Shown here in pieces: positions 8,140 to 17,044 of a stretch of 64,000 bases of DNA (position 1 is the stretch's first letter; the number at the start of each line of letters is the position of its first letter). The notes below the pieces were generated by a model. It did no database searches. It was not told the DNA's origin and saw only the letters and a program-made list of their open reading frames with translations. The position numbers were made by a program, and so were the translations under genes. Origin of the DNA: an uncultured Actinomycetota bacterium (lineage in GTDB: Bacteria; Actinomycetota; Actinomycetes; DATJPE01); assembly GCA_963736655.1 (NCBI GenBank), contig CAVTPM010000015.1:1496672-1560671 (forward strand), written 5' to 3'.

Positions 8140-10819
8140 ATGCTCGACGGAGACCTCCTCACCAACCAGGTGGAGCAGGTACTCCTTGACCTCGGCGCAC
8201 AGCAGGCGACCGGCTGCCTGACCGTGCTCGACGCCGCGGCCGAGGAGGCCGAGGTCTATCTGAAGGAAGGCCTCGTCTACTCGGTCTTCGTCCCGGGTCG
8301 TCGCCCGCTGCTCGGCTTCCGGCTGGTCTCGTCCGGCGACCTCGCGCCCGAGGCCCTGGCCGAGGCTCTCGAAGCTCAGCGCACCGAGCTGCAGGGCTGG
8401 CGGCTGGGAGAGCTGCTCGTGAACCTGGGGTACGTCGACCGCGACGTCGTCGAGTCCTTCGTCTCCGAACAGCTCGTCGACATGCTCGGTGACCTGCTCG
8501 GCTGGCAGGTCGACACCTGGCGCTTCCGCAAGAACAAGAAGGCGCGTCAGGACGTCGCTCCGCCGATCGAAGTCCCCGTGGTCCTCAACCAGGTCCGTGA
8601 CCGTCGGGCCCGCTGGGAACGGCTGGCCCACGAGATCGGCGGCCCCGAAGCCGTACCGACCCTGTCGACGCAGGAGGCCACCAACGACGACATCGTCCTC
8701 GGTTCCGGCGAGTGGGCCATGCTGTGCAAGATCGACGGCGACCGCAGCATCGCCGACCTGGCGATCGACTGCGGATTCACCGTGTTCGAGGCGGCCGAGA
8801 TCGTCGCCACTCTCGTGTCGGCCGGACTGGTCGACGTCGAGAACGACCTCGAGCACGACCCCTTGGTGGACGTGGCAGACCACCAGGTCTCTGCTGGCTC
8901 CGGCTGGGACGACCTCCCCGAGCCGACGCCGGAGGAGCTGGCCGCTTCGGTCGCCCAGGTCACCGCGGCGCTGGCCGGCATGTACGGCGAGACGCCCTCG
9001 GCGCAAGACACGGTCCCCGCACCCGCCGATGCCCCCGCTCCCCCTGATGCGGCGGCTCCCGCCGGATGGCAGGACCATCTGGCGTGGGTCGAGGGCCAGC
9101 GCCGGCAGGCCGAGGGCGAGGCGATGGCCGCCCGGGTCGAGGCCGAGCAGCTGGCCGAGCAGGCGCGGATCGAGCGTGAGCAGAAGGCCGCCGAGCGGGA
9201 ACGTCGCCGCCTCGAAGCCGAAGAGGTGGCGCGGGCCGTCGAGGAGGCCCGGCAGGCCGAGCTCGCCCGGATCACCGAGGAACGCTCCAAGGAGCAGTCC
9301 AAGAAGGAGCGCAAGGAGCGCAAGGCCGTCGAGGCGGCCGCATGGGACGAGCACGCCGCGTGGCTGGTGGCCCAGCGGTCGGCCGTCGAGGATCAGGCGT
9401 GGCAGGACCACCGCGCCTGGCTCGCCGAGCAGCGCGCCGCCGCCGAAGGACCCGCCTACGAGGAGCACGCCGCGCGACTCCGCGCGGAGCGCGCCGCGGT
9501 CGAGGACGAGGCGTGGGCGGCGCACGACGCCTGGGTGGCGGACGAGCGCGCCCGCGCCGAGGAGAACGCCTGGCGGGAGCAGGCACGAGCGGGTCGCGGC
9601 CGAGAGGGCTGCGGCCGAGGAGCCGGCCTGGGCCGACCATGCCGCCTGGCTGCTCGCCGAGCGCGCCTCGGTGGAGGAGCAGGCCTGGGAGGACCACGTC
9701 ACCTGGGTGGCCGACCGGCTTGCCGAAGAGGCGCACGCCGCCGAGGAGGCCCGCCTCGCCGAGGAGGCTGAGGAAGCCCGCCTCGCCGAAGAAGCCCGCC
9801 TCGCCGAAGAAGCCGAGCCCGCCTCGCTGAGGAAGCCGGGCGAGCCGCCTCGCCGAAGAAGCCCGCCTCGCCGAAGAAGCGAAGCCCGCCTCGCTGAAGA
9901 AGCCCGCCTCGCCGAAGAGGCCGGAGGAAGCCCGCCTCGCCGAAGAAGCCCGCCTCGCTGAGGAAGCCCGCCTCGCCGAAGAAGCCCGCCTCGCCGAGGA
10001 AGCCCGCCTCGCCGAGGAGGCCCGCCTCGCTGAGGAAGCCCGCCTCGCGAGGAGGCCGAAGAAGCCCGCCTCGCCGAAGAAGCCCGCCTCGCCGAGGAGG
10101 CCCGCCTCGCCGAAGAAGCCCGCCTCGCAGAAGAAGCCGAACTCGCCCGCCTCGCTGAGGAAGCCCGCCTCGCCGAAGAAGCCCGCCTCGCTGAGGAAGC
10201 CCGCCTCGCCGAAGAAGCCCGCCTCGCTGAGGAGGCCGAACTCGCCCGCCTCGCCGAAGAAGCCGAACTGGCCGAAGAGGCTCGCCTGGCCGAGATCGCT
10301 GAGGAGGAGGCCAGCCTCGACGAGGCCTCGGAGCGCGCGGAGGAAGCCGCCGAGGCTGAGCGACTCGCCGAGATCGCGGCCGAGGTCGCCGCTCTCTCTG
10401 ACCTGGCACCCGGCCGACCCCACGAGTCCGAAGAGGCGGCAGTCGACGTCCGCTCGCTCGAACCCGCCGATGCCCCGTCGACCACCGAGATGATCATGCC
10501 GCTCGTGGCAGCCGACGAGACGACGGCCGCCTCATGGGAGTCCTACGGGCCGTCACCGTCGGCCGTGCTGGCGGCACTCGCCAAGGAGGCTCCGGCCGCT
10601 CAACCCGCCGAAGACGTACCCGACGAGGAACCGGTTCTCACCATGGCAATGCCGGTCATCGACCGCTCGATGACGGACACGGCGTCCCTGCTGCGTGAGC
10701 TGTCGGGGCTGTTCCACGCTGACGACCCAGCTCCGACGAAGCCCACGACGCCGAGCCCGCGGCCCGCACCCGCGCCGGCGCCGCCGAAGAAGAAGAAGGG
10801 CTTGTTCGGCCGAGGCTGA
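8140..10819 (+). CDS. DUF4388 (PatA-N-like) domain protein with long repetitive helical region and KKKKGLFG C-terminus (several frameshifts)
   Basis: GDL...[15 protein letters not shown]...VYLKEGLVY...[12 protein letters not shown]...[18 protein letters not shown]...LVSAGLV; GGGAG RBS; reading continues through repeats to [11 protein letters not shown]...[12 protein letters not shown]. Confidence 0.78.
9343..9740 (+). repeat. About 7 tandem 19-aa (57-bp) W-x-x-H-x-x-W repeats in the DUF4388 gene
   Basis: [19 protein letters not shown] / [19 protein letters not shown] / [19 protein letters not shown] / [19 protein letters not shown] / (frameshifted unit) / [19 protein letters not shown] / [15 protein letters not shown]. 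Confidence 0.85.
9742..10295 (+). repeat. 18-bp tandem repeat (GAAGAAGCCCGCCTCGCC-like) encoding EEARLA
   Basis: More than 20 imperfect copies visible, with indels that break the frame. Confidence 0.92.
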
Positions 10820-10839
10820 TCGCCTGGGACGATCGTCGG

Positions 10840-11299
10840 ATGCGCGTGGTCGTCCAGGTCGCGAGCGAGGCGTCCGTGGTCGTCGACGGTGACGTGGTCG
10901 GTGTGCTCCACGAACCAGGACTGGTCGTGCTTGTCGGCGTCACCCACACCGACACCCCTGACTGCGCCGTCCGCCTCGCCGCGAAGGTCCACGCCCTCCG
11001 GATCCTGGCCGGCGAGCGTTCCGCCGCCGACCTCGGCGCACCGATCCTCGTGGTCAGTCAGTTCACGCTGTACGCCGACACAAGCAAGGGGCGGCGACCC
11101 TCTTGGTCAGCGGCCGCACCGGGCGCCGTCGCCGAACCCCTCGTGGCGGCCTTCGTCCAGGCCCTGCGGGATCGCGGAGCGAGTCGTGGCAACAGGCGAG
11201 TTCGGCGCCCACATGCAGGTCAACCTGGTGAATGACGGGCCGGTGACGCTCGTCCTCGACGAGCCGTCCCTCGCTCCCGGGCCTAGATTTCAGGGATGA
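10840..11299 (+). CDS. dtd: D-aminoacyl-tRNA deacylase (frameshift near 11180)
   Basis: [18 protein letters not shown], then [19 protein letters not shown] in the next frame. Confidence 0.93.
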
Positions 11300-12078
11300 C
11301 CACCTCCGCGAGCACCACCCCTGATGCGATCCGGTTCCGCAACCTGCGCCGCTACAACGTGATCATGGGCGGCATTCATGCGCTGCAGGCCGTCGCCGTC
11401 CTCGCTCTGGCCACGGCCTTCCTCCTGCCCGTGACCGGAACGTTCCTGGCCGGGCCTCCCGGGACGGCGCCCGAGCCCGCGGTGACCTTGTTCTCGATCA
11501 ACGTCGCGTGGGGGGTCGCCCTGTTCCTCTTCTTGTCGGCGGGGGCCCATGGGATCATCGCCTCCGGCCCGTACTTCCCGCGCTACCGAGCGGGTCTGCT
11601 CGAGCACCGCAACACCGCTCGGTGGGTCGAGTACGCGCTGAGCTCGTCCATCATGATCGTCCTGATCGCCGAGCTGACCGGCATCACCGACGTGGCCGCA
11701 CTCGTCGCGTTGTTCGGCGTGAACGTGTCGATGATCTTGTTCGGGCTGGTGCAGGAGAAGTACCAGACACCCGGAGACGGCGGGATGCTGCCGTTCTGGC
11801 TCGGCTGCATCGCCGGGGTCGTCCCGTGGATCGCGATCGGCATCTATCTCGTGACGCCGGGCAGTTCCTCCACGGCCCCGGGGTTCGTCTTCGCGATCTT
11901 CTTCTCGCTGTTCGTGTTCTTCAACTGCTTCGCCGTCAACCAGTGGCTGCAGTACAAGCAGGTCGGCAAGTGGCGCGACTACCTGTACGGGGAGACGGTC
12001 TACGTCACCCTGAGCCTGGTGGCGAAGTCGCTGCTCGCCTGGCAGGTCTTCGCCGGCACCCTCGCGCCGACCGGCTGA
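11296..12078 (+). CDS. Heliorhodopsin (HeR)
   Basis: 7 hydrophobic segments; LRRYN...IHALQ, AHG, NTARWVEYALSSSIM, MILFG, YLYGETVYVTLSLVAKSLLAWQ (retinal-binding Lys in SLVAK); TAGATT -10 lies 6 nt before the ATG. Confidence 0.95.
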   Translation: MTTSASTTPDAIRFRNLRRYNVIMGGIHALQAVAVLALATAFLLPVTGTFLAGPPGTAPEPAVTLFSINVAWGVALFLFLSAGAHGIIASGPYFPRYRAGLLEHRNTARWVEYALSSSIMIVLIAELTGITDVAALVALFGVNVSMILFGLVQEKYQTPGDGGMLPFWLGCIAGVVPWIAIGIYLVTPGSSSTAPGFVFAIFFSLFVFFNCFAVNQWLQYKQVGKWRDYLYGETVYVTLSLVAKSLLAWQVFAGTLAPTG

Positions 12079-12099
12079 GCCCCCCGCCCTCCTGACGGG

Positions 12100-13116
12100 T
12101 CAGGGGACGACGACGACCTCTTGCGCGGCTGCGGTGCCGTCGACCGTGAGGGTCTCCGCCACCGGCACGTTGCGTTTCACCAGCGCCAGCGCGACCGGCC
12201 CAAGCTCGTGATGGCGGGCGGCCGTGGTCACGAAGCCGACGGAGCGGTCGGCCAGCCGTACGTCGTCGCCGTGGCCGGGCAGGGCGAGCTCGGACCCGTC
12301 GAGGTGCAGCATCACCAGCCGCCGCGGGGGGCGCCCCAGGTTGTGCACCCGGGCGACGGTCTCCTGTCCGCGGTAGCAGCCCTTCTGCAGGTGGACCGCG
12401 GTCCGCAGCCAGTCCACCTCGTGCGGGATCGTGCGATGGTCGGTCTCGAATCCCAGCCGCGGCCGCCACGCTTCGAGGCGCAGCGCCTCGAAGGCCCACA
12501 GACCGGTCGGATCGGACGTCTCCGCCATGAGGGTCGGGACCGATCCGCGCGGGACCAGAACCTCGCGCACCCGCCACAGGCCCGCGGCCGGGTGAGGGAC
12601 CGAGGGATCGGCATAGCTCACGGAACCCGTGGCCAGCGTGGGCCAGGGATCGACCCAGGTCACGCTGTCGGATCCGGCGACCGATTCGGTCGTCTGCGAC
12701 GGCTCGGCCATGACCGACCAGGTGTCGGAGACGTCGGTGACCTCCACGCGGAGCAGGAAGCGCATCCGGTCCAGCCATCCGACGAGCGCCTCCACGGTGC
12801 CGGGCTCCACGGTGATCCACGTGGTCACCCCGTCGTCGACGACGTGCAGCGCGTGCTCGATGTGGCCGTTCGGGGTCAGGACCAGGGTCTCGGTGGCCAG
12901 GCCCGACGGCAGAGACTCCAGCGCCTGAGTCGTCAAGGAGTGCAGCCACGACAGCCGGTCGGGGCCGTCGACCCGGACGACTCCGCGGTGGCCGAGGTCG
13001 GCGAGCCCACGGCCCGCCAGCCACGCGCGCTGCTCCGCTACGGGGTCCCCGTAGTGCCAGACCTGACCGGCGTCAGGGCCGGCCTCGACCGCTACCGCCG
13101 TACGTCCGGCGTTCAC
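12100..13116 (-). CDS. ygfZ: YgfZ/GcvT-like folate-binding protein
   Basis: HYGDPVAEQR, GPDRLSWLHSL, HLQKGCYRGQETVARV; GTGA overlap with the nur stop. Confidence 0.92.
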   Translation of the reverse strand: MNAGRTAVAVEAGPDAGQVWHYGDPVAEQRAWLAGRGLADLGHRGVVRVDGPDRLSWLHSLTTQALESLPSGLATETLVLTPNGHIEHALHVVDDGVTTWITVEPGTVEALVGWLDRMRFLLRVEVTDVSDTWSVMAEPSQTTESVAGSDSVTWVDPWPTLATGSVSYADPSVPHPAAGLWRVREVLVPRGSVPTLMAETSDPTGLWAFEALRLEAWRPRLGFETDHRTIPHEVDWLRTAVHLQKGCYRGQETVARVHNLGRPPRRLVMLHLDGSELALPGHGDDVRLADRSVGFVTTAARHHELGPVALALVKRNVPVAETLTVDGTAAAQEVVVVP

Positions 13117-13556
13117 GCGTTCGGATCGGCGCAGGAGGCGCACGTGCCGTAGATCGCGAAGTGCTGCATGTCGGTGGAGAACGCATGGGCGGCACGAAGG
13201 CTTCCCACGAAGTCGTCCGCCAGCTCGAGATCGGCCTCCGTGACCGAGCCGCAGGTGTGGCAGACCAGGTGAAGGTGCGCCGCGTGGTCAGCGGGGTGCC
13301 AGGTCGGCGAACCGGAGCCGAGGTGCGCATGCCGGACGAGGCCGAGCTCCTCGAGCAGCTCGAGGGTGCGGTAGACGGTCGAGATGTTCACACCGTCGGC
13401 GACCGATCGCACCTGGGTCAGCACCTCGTCGGGGGTGGCGTGCCCGAGGTCGTGCACCGCGTCGAGCACCAGCTGCCGCTGAGGCGTCATGCGGAAGCCT
13501 CGTCCCCGCAGCTGGGCGCGCAGGTCGGCCGCGCTGACCTGCGCCTCGTCGGTCAA
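13113..13556 (-). CDS. nur: Fur-family regulator, Nur-like (nickel-responsive)
   Basis: RMTPQRQLVL...HATPD...NISTVYRTLELLEELGLV-HAHLG...HLHLVC..C...TDMQHFAIYGTC..C; synteny with nitrobindin and ygfZ. Confidence 0.82.
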   Translation of the reverse strand: MTDEAQVSAADLRAQLRGRGFRMTPQRQLVLDAVHDLGHATPDEVLTQVRSVADGVNISTVYRTLELLEELGLVRHAHLGSGSPTWHPADHAAHLHLVCHTCGSVTEADLELADDFVGSLRAAHAFSTDMQHFAIYGTCASCADPNA

Positions 13557-14044
13557 CCGACCCGCTTCAACCGGGCCGACACGTGCGGCTGGATGGTCTG
13601 GCCGACCGCGGCCATGTCGAACGCCCACGCGAGGTCGCCCTCGACCAGGCCGTAGAGCCGGTGACCTGCGGTGTACTCCTTCGAGGTGGCCGTGCGCGCG
13701 ACGACGTCGGTACGCAGCTCGATCCGCGGCCCCTCGACGGTGCCGATCCAGATCTCGGTGAAACCAGTCGGGTGGGACAGGGTCACCTCGAGCGCGCCTT
13801 CGGGCTGAGGACGCCAGAACCCGGACTCGGTGGCCAGCGGGCGTACGAACGCGCCCTCGTCGTCCAGGAGCCACGTGCGGCTGGAGTACGTCAGGAACGG
13901 CCGCGCATCGTGCTCGAAGACGACCTCCTGACCGAACCGGAACTCCTCGACCGACGGGTAGCCACCGACCCCCGCGCCTGCCCACGAACCGATGAGCCAG
14001 GCAAGGGGTACGAGCGGGGTGGGAAGGTCCGTCGAGAGCTCCAT
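13553..14044 (-). CDS. Nitrobindin/FABP-like (DUF1794) protein
   Basis: LAWLIGSWAGAG, ESGFWR, HPTG, RLYGLVEGDL, QPHVSARL. Confidence 0.9.
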   Translation of the reverse strand: MELSTDLPTPLVPLAWLIGSWAGAGVGGYPSVEEFRFGQEVVFEHDARPFLTYSSRTWLLDDEGAFVRPLATESGFWRPQPEGALEVTLSHPTGFTEIWIGTVEGPRIELRTDVVARTATSKEYTAGHRLYGLVEGDLAWAFDMAAVGQTIQPHVSARLKRVG

Positions 14045-14051
14045 CGCGGGA

Positions 14052-14153
14052 TCAGCCCTCGCCCTTGGCGAGCTGGAAGACCACGTAGCCGGCGTAGCCG
14101 CTGATGGCGAGAGCGACGCTCACGAGCACGCCGGTGAAAACGATCGCAAGCAT
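14052..14153 (-). CDS. 33-aa single-TM small protein (not in ORF track)
   Basis: MLAIVFTGVLVSVALAISGYAGYVVFQLAKGEG*; TAGAGT -10 lies 6 nt before the ATG; stop lies 7 nt before the nitrobindin start. Confidence 0.7.
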   Translation of the reverse strand: MLAIVFTGVLVSVALAISGYAGYVVFQLAKGEG

Positions 14154-14175
14154 GGATCCACTCTAGCCTTGGGGG

Positions 14176-14539
14176 ATGTCCCGGACCCTGGTCGTGAAGG
14201 TGACGTGCGGCGCGGACGACCCGGAGCGCTGCGCACAAGCGTTCACCGTGGCTGCCACCGCGCTCGCCTCGGGATGTGAGGTGTCCTTGTGGCTCACCGG
14301 CGAGGCCTCGTGGTTCGCCCTGCCTGGCCGCGCATCGGCCTTCAAGTTGGAGGGATCAGCACCTCTCGACGCCCTGCTCGACGCAGCCCTCGCCGGCGGG
14401 TCGGGTGACCCTGTGCACCCAGTGCGCCGGCCGACGCGGCATCACCGCCGAGACCGCCCTGCCAGGGGTGCGGATCGCCGGGGCCGCCACCTTCGTCGAA
14501 GAGGTGACAGCCGACGGCGTGCAAGCCCTCGTCTACTGA
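14176..14539 (+). CDS. DsrE-family protein (frameshift near 14400)
   Basis: LVVKVTCGADDPERCAQAFTVA...WLTGE, then VTLCTQCAGRR...AGAATFVEE...QALVY. Confidence 0.85.
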
Positions 14540-14610
14540 CGCGCCAGCCGAGGCCCCCACCACCGCCGCGACTCCGCCACCGTTCAGTGGGGGGCGATGG
14601 GCGGTGGAGG

Positions 14611-14910
14611 TCAGAGCGGAAGGGTGACCTCGACCTCAGCGACCGATCCCTGCGCGGCGACGACCTGGCGGTCCACCGAGGCACCCGGGGCCAGCGTGCG
14701 CAGGGTCCAGGGGCCGGGCGCAGCGAAGAAGCGGAACTGCCCGGTGGCCGACGTCGGCACCTCGGCCGTGAACTCCCCTGACGGGTCGAGCAGCCGCACG
14801 TAGGCGCCGCCGACCGGCTGGTCGCCCCGGGTCACGATGCCCTGGATGACCGCTTCCTTGGTCACGTCGATGCCCTCGACCGAGGGACCGCCCGCCGTCG
14901 CGCCGCACAT
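14611..14910 (-). CDS. DUF1416 (SseC-like) protein
   Basis: MCGA..., GAYVRLLDPSGEFTAEV, GQFRFFAAPGPW; directly downstream of the rhodanese. Confidence 0.88.
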   Translation of the reverse strand: MCGATAGGPSVEGIDVTKEAVIQGIVTRGDQPVGGAYVRLLDPSGEFTAEVPTSATGQFRFFAAPGPWTLRTLAPGASVDRQVVAAQGSVAEVEVTLPL

Positions 14911-15773
14911 CAGGCAGCACCGCCCTGAGGCGATCCCGGCTCGTCCCCGAGCTGCACGGGGACGCCCACCAGCGAGCCGTACTCGGTCCACGAGCCGTCG
15001 TAGTTCCGCACGTTGGCGATGCCGAGGATCTCGTGCAGCGCGAACCAGGTGTGGGCCGAGCGCTCGCCGATGCGGCAGTACGCGATGGTGTCCTGGGTCA
15101 GGTCGACGCCCTTGGCCTCGTAGAGAGCCTTCAGGTCCTCGTCGGACTTGAACGTGCCGTCGTCGTTGGCCGCCTGGCTCCAGGGGATGTTCTTGGCCGT
15201 GGGGATGTGGCCGCCGCGCTGCGACTGCTCCTGAGGCAGGTGCGCCGGGGCCAGCAGGCGGCCGGCGTACTCGTCCGGGCTGCGCACGTCGACCAGGCCC
15301 TCGGAGCCGATGGCCGCCAGCACGTCGTCGCGGAACGCGCGGATCGAGAGGTCCTGGTCCTTGGCCGTGTAGGTCGTCGTCGGCCGCTCCGGGACCTCGG
15401 CGACGAGCTCGCGGGAGTCGAGCTCCCACTTCTTGCGTCCGCCGTCGAGCAGCTGGACCGAGTCGTGCCCGTACAGCTTGAAGTACCAGTAGGCGTAGGA
15501 CGCGAACCAGTTGTTGTTGCCGCCGTAGAGGACGACGGTGTCGTCGTTGCTGATGCCCTTGCGGGAGAGCAGCGCCTCGAACTGGGCCTTGTTGACGAAG
15601 TCGCGGCGCACCTGGTCCTGGAGGTCGGCCTTCCAGTCGATGCGCACGGCCCCGCGGATGTGGTTCTTCTCGTAGGCGGCGGTGTCCTCGTCGACCTCGA
15701 CGAGGACGACCGAGGGATCGTCGAGATGGGCCTCGACCCAGTCGGCGTCGACGAGTACGTCGGATCGGCTCAT
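14910..15773 (-). CDS. cysA: Thiosulfate sulfurtransferase (double rhodanese, CysA2/3-like)
   Basis: VEVDED, YGGNNNWFA, DVRSPDEY, YCRIGERS, NYDGSWTEYG. Confidence 0.93.
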   Translation of the reverse strand: MSRSDVLVDADWVEAHLDDPSVVLVEVDEDTAAYEKNHIRGAVRIDWKADLQDQVRRDFVNKAQFEALLSRKGISNDDTVVLYGGNNNWFASYAYWYFKLYGHDSVQLLDGGRKKWELDSRELVAEVPERPTTTYTAKDQDLSIRAFRDDVLAAIGSEGLVDVRSPDEYAGRLLAPAHLPQEQSQRGGHIPTAKNIPWSQAANDDGTFKSDEDLKALYEAKGVDLTQDTIAYCRIGERSAHTWFALHEILGIANVRNYDGSWTEYGSLVGVPVQLGDEPGSPQGGAA

Positions 15774-15816
15774 TGCGGGTGGTCCTTCCGGTGGGGAACG
15801 GTGCGGGGAGGTGGGA

Positions 15817-16255
15817 TCAGGAGGCGGCGGCGCGAGCGGGAGCCACTCGACGGACGAGCAGGTAGACCTCGCAGCCCAGGCAGAACCCGAACGCGGCATT
15901 GAGGAAGGCGGCGCCCAGCGCCAGCGCCACCGCGGCGGTGCCCAGCACGGGTGGCGCCGGCAACGAAGGCGAGGAGTCCGGTCAAGGCGAATCCCAGCCC
16001 CACCGCCTGGGCGAAGCGCGGCGGCCGGGCGTCCTCGAGCTCCACCGGCGGCGACAGCCTCGGCCGGATGAAGCGCTTGAACGCGAGCCCGTACGGACTG
16101 GCCTGCGGCCCCCGGACGGCGCCGATCGCGAAGACGACCGCCTGCCCGGCAAGGAGGAGGAGGCCGAGCGTGCTGCCGGCGAGCAGCAGCGCGGCGGCCA
16201 GGACCACGGTGGTGACGGCTGCCGCGAAGCGCGGGCCGCGGGGATCGACGTACAT
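15817..16255 (-). CDS. DUF4395 membrane protein (frameshift near 15950)
   Basis: VDPRGPRF, EDARPPRFAQAVG, then AFLNAAFGFCLGCEVY in the next frame. Confidence 0.87.
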
Positions 16256-16334
16256 GGGGGCTCCTGACGAGTGCGACAAGGGACGCAGTCAGGGCGGCGC
16301 AGGGCGGCTCGTGGAGCCTGCGGGCGCTACCCGG

Positions 16335-16415
16335 TCAGGGCAGTCGACACAGGCAGGTGGACACGCGGCACAGGTCGACCGCGCGCCGCTTGGTGAGGGT
16401 CACCTGCCGTCGCAT
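16335..16415 (-). CDS. Cys-rich leader peptide (Ms5788A-like attenuator)
   Basis: MRRQVTLTKRRAVDLCRVSTCLCRLP* upstream of DUF4395-cysA-DUF1416. Confidence 0.8.
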   Translation of the reverse strand: MRRQVTLTKRRAVDLCRVSTCLCRLP

Positions 16416-16531
16416 GCCTTCGAGGGTAGGGACGGAGGTGCGCGAAGTCACGGACCGTCCGTATGTCAAGACGACCGTCCCAGAGTTCGGTACCGAACGA
16501 GAGCGTCGTCCAGGTCGTGCCTGGCGACGGC

Positions 16532-16981
16532 TCACGGCACGGCCTCCCCGATCGCCGCGACCACGTCGGCGGCCCGTGGTTGCCCGACGGCGCGCCGGAC
16601 CACGGCTCCCGAGCCGTCGAGCACGAAGACCGTCGGGGTCCTGCGAACGTCGAGACGCCGCACGAGATCGAGATGGCTCTCGGCATCGATCTCGACGTGG
16701 GACACGCCGTCCACCTGCCCGGCGACGTCGGCCAGGATGCGTCGCGTGGCACGGCACGGTTGGCAGAAGGCCGTGGAGAACTGGACGAGCGTCGCCCGGG
16801 AGCCCAGCTCGGCGCCGAGCTCGGTCGAGGTCAGTCGCTCACGGCCGTCGGCATCCCCGTGCCCGGGAACGCCGCGGGTCGGGTCGACCCCTCGGATGCG
16901 TCCGTCCTGTCGCCGGCGCCACAGGCCGAACGCGCTCGCGGCGAGCAACACCGCGACGACGACCACGAGCTGCGACAGCAT
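16532..16981 (-). CDS. Membrane-anchored thioredoxin (TlpA/ThiX-like)
   Basis: N-terminal TM; LVQFSTAFCQPC; TPT cis-Pro motif. Confidence 0.88.
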   Translation of the reverse strand: MLSQLVVVVAVLLAASAFGLWRRRQDGRIRGVDPTRGVPGHGDADGRERLTSTELGAELGSRATLVQFSTAFCQPCRATRRILADVAGQVDGVSHVEIDAESHLDLVRRLDVRRTPTVFVLDGSGAVVRRAVGQPRAADVVAAIGEAVP

Positions 16982-17044
16982 GGTGGGAAGAAGGTCCCAC
17001 AGCTCCTGGGCATTCCCCCAGGCCGGCCCGGGAAGACCCCTCAG

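Noticed and set aside
9742-10295. CRISPR-like array
   Set aside because: Head-to-tail 18-bp coding repeats with no unique spacers and no cas genes.
7972-10497. 841-aa minus-strand ORF (SSARRA repeats) and other long antisense ORFs such as 15951-18224 and 44318-46540
   Set aside because: Shadow frames of real high-GC genes, with no recognisable motifs.
8140-12078. Firm single operon DUF4388-dtd-heliorhodopsin
   Set aside because: dtd (GACGAT-N6-ATG) and HeR (TAGATT-N6-ATG) each have a plausible leaderless promoter, so co-transcription is unproven and kept only as a hypothesis.
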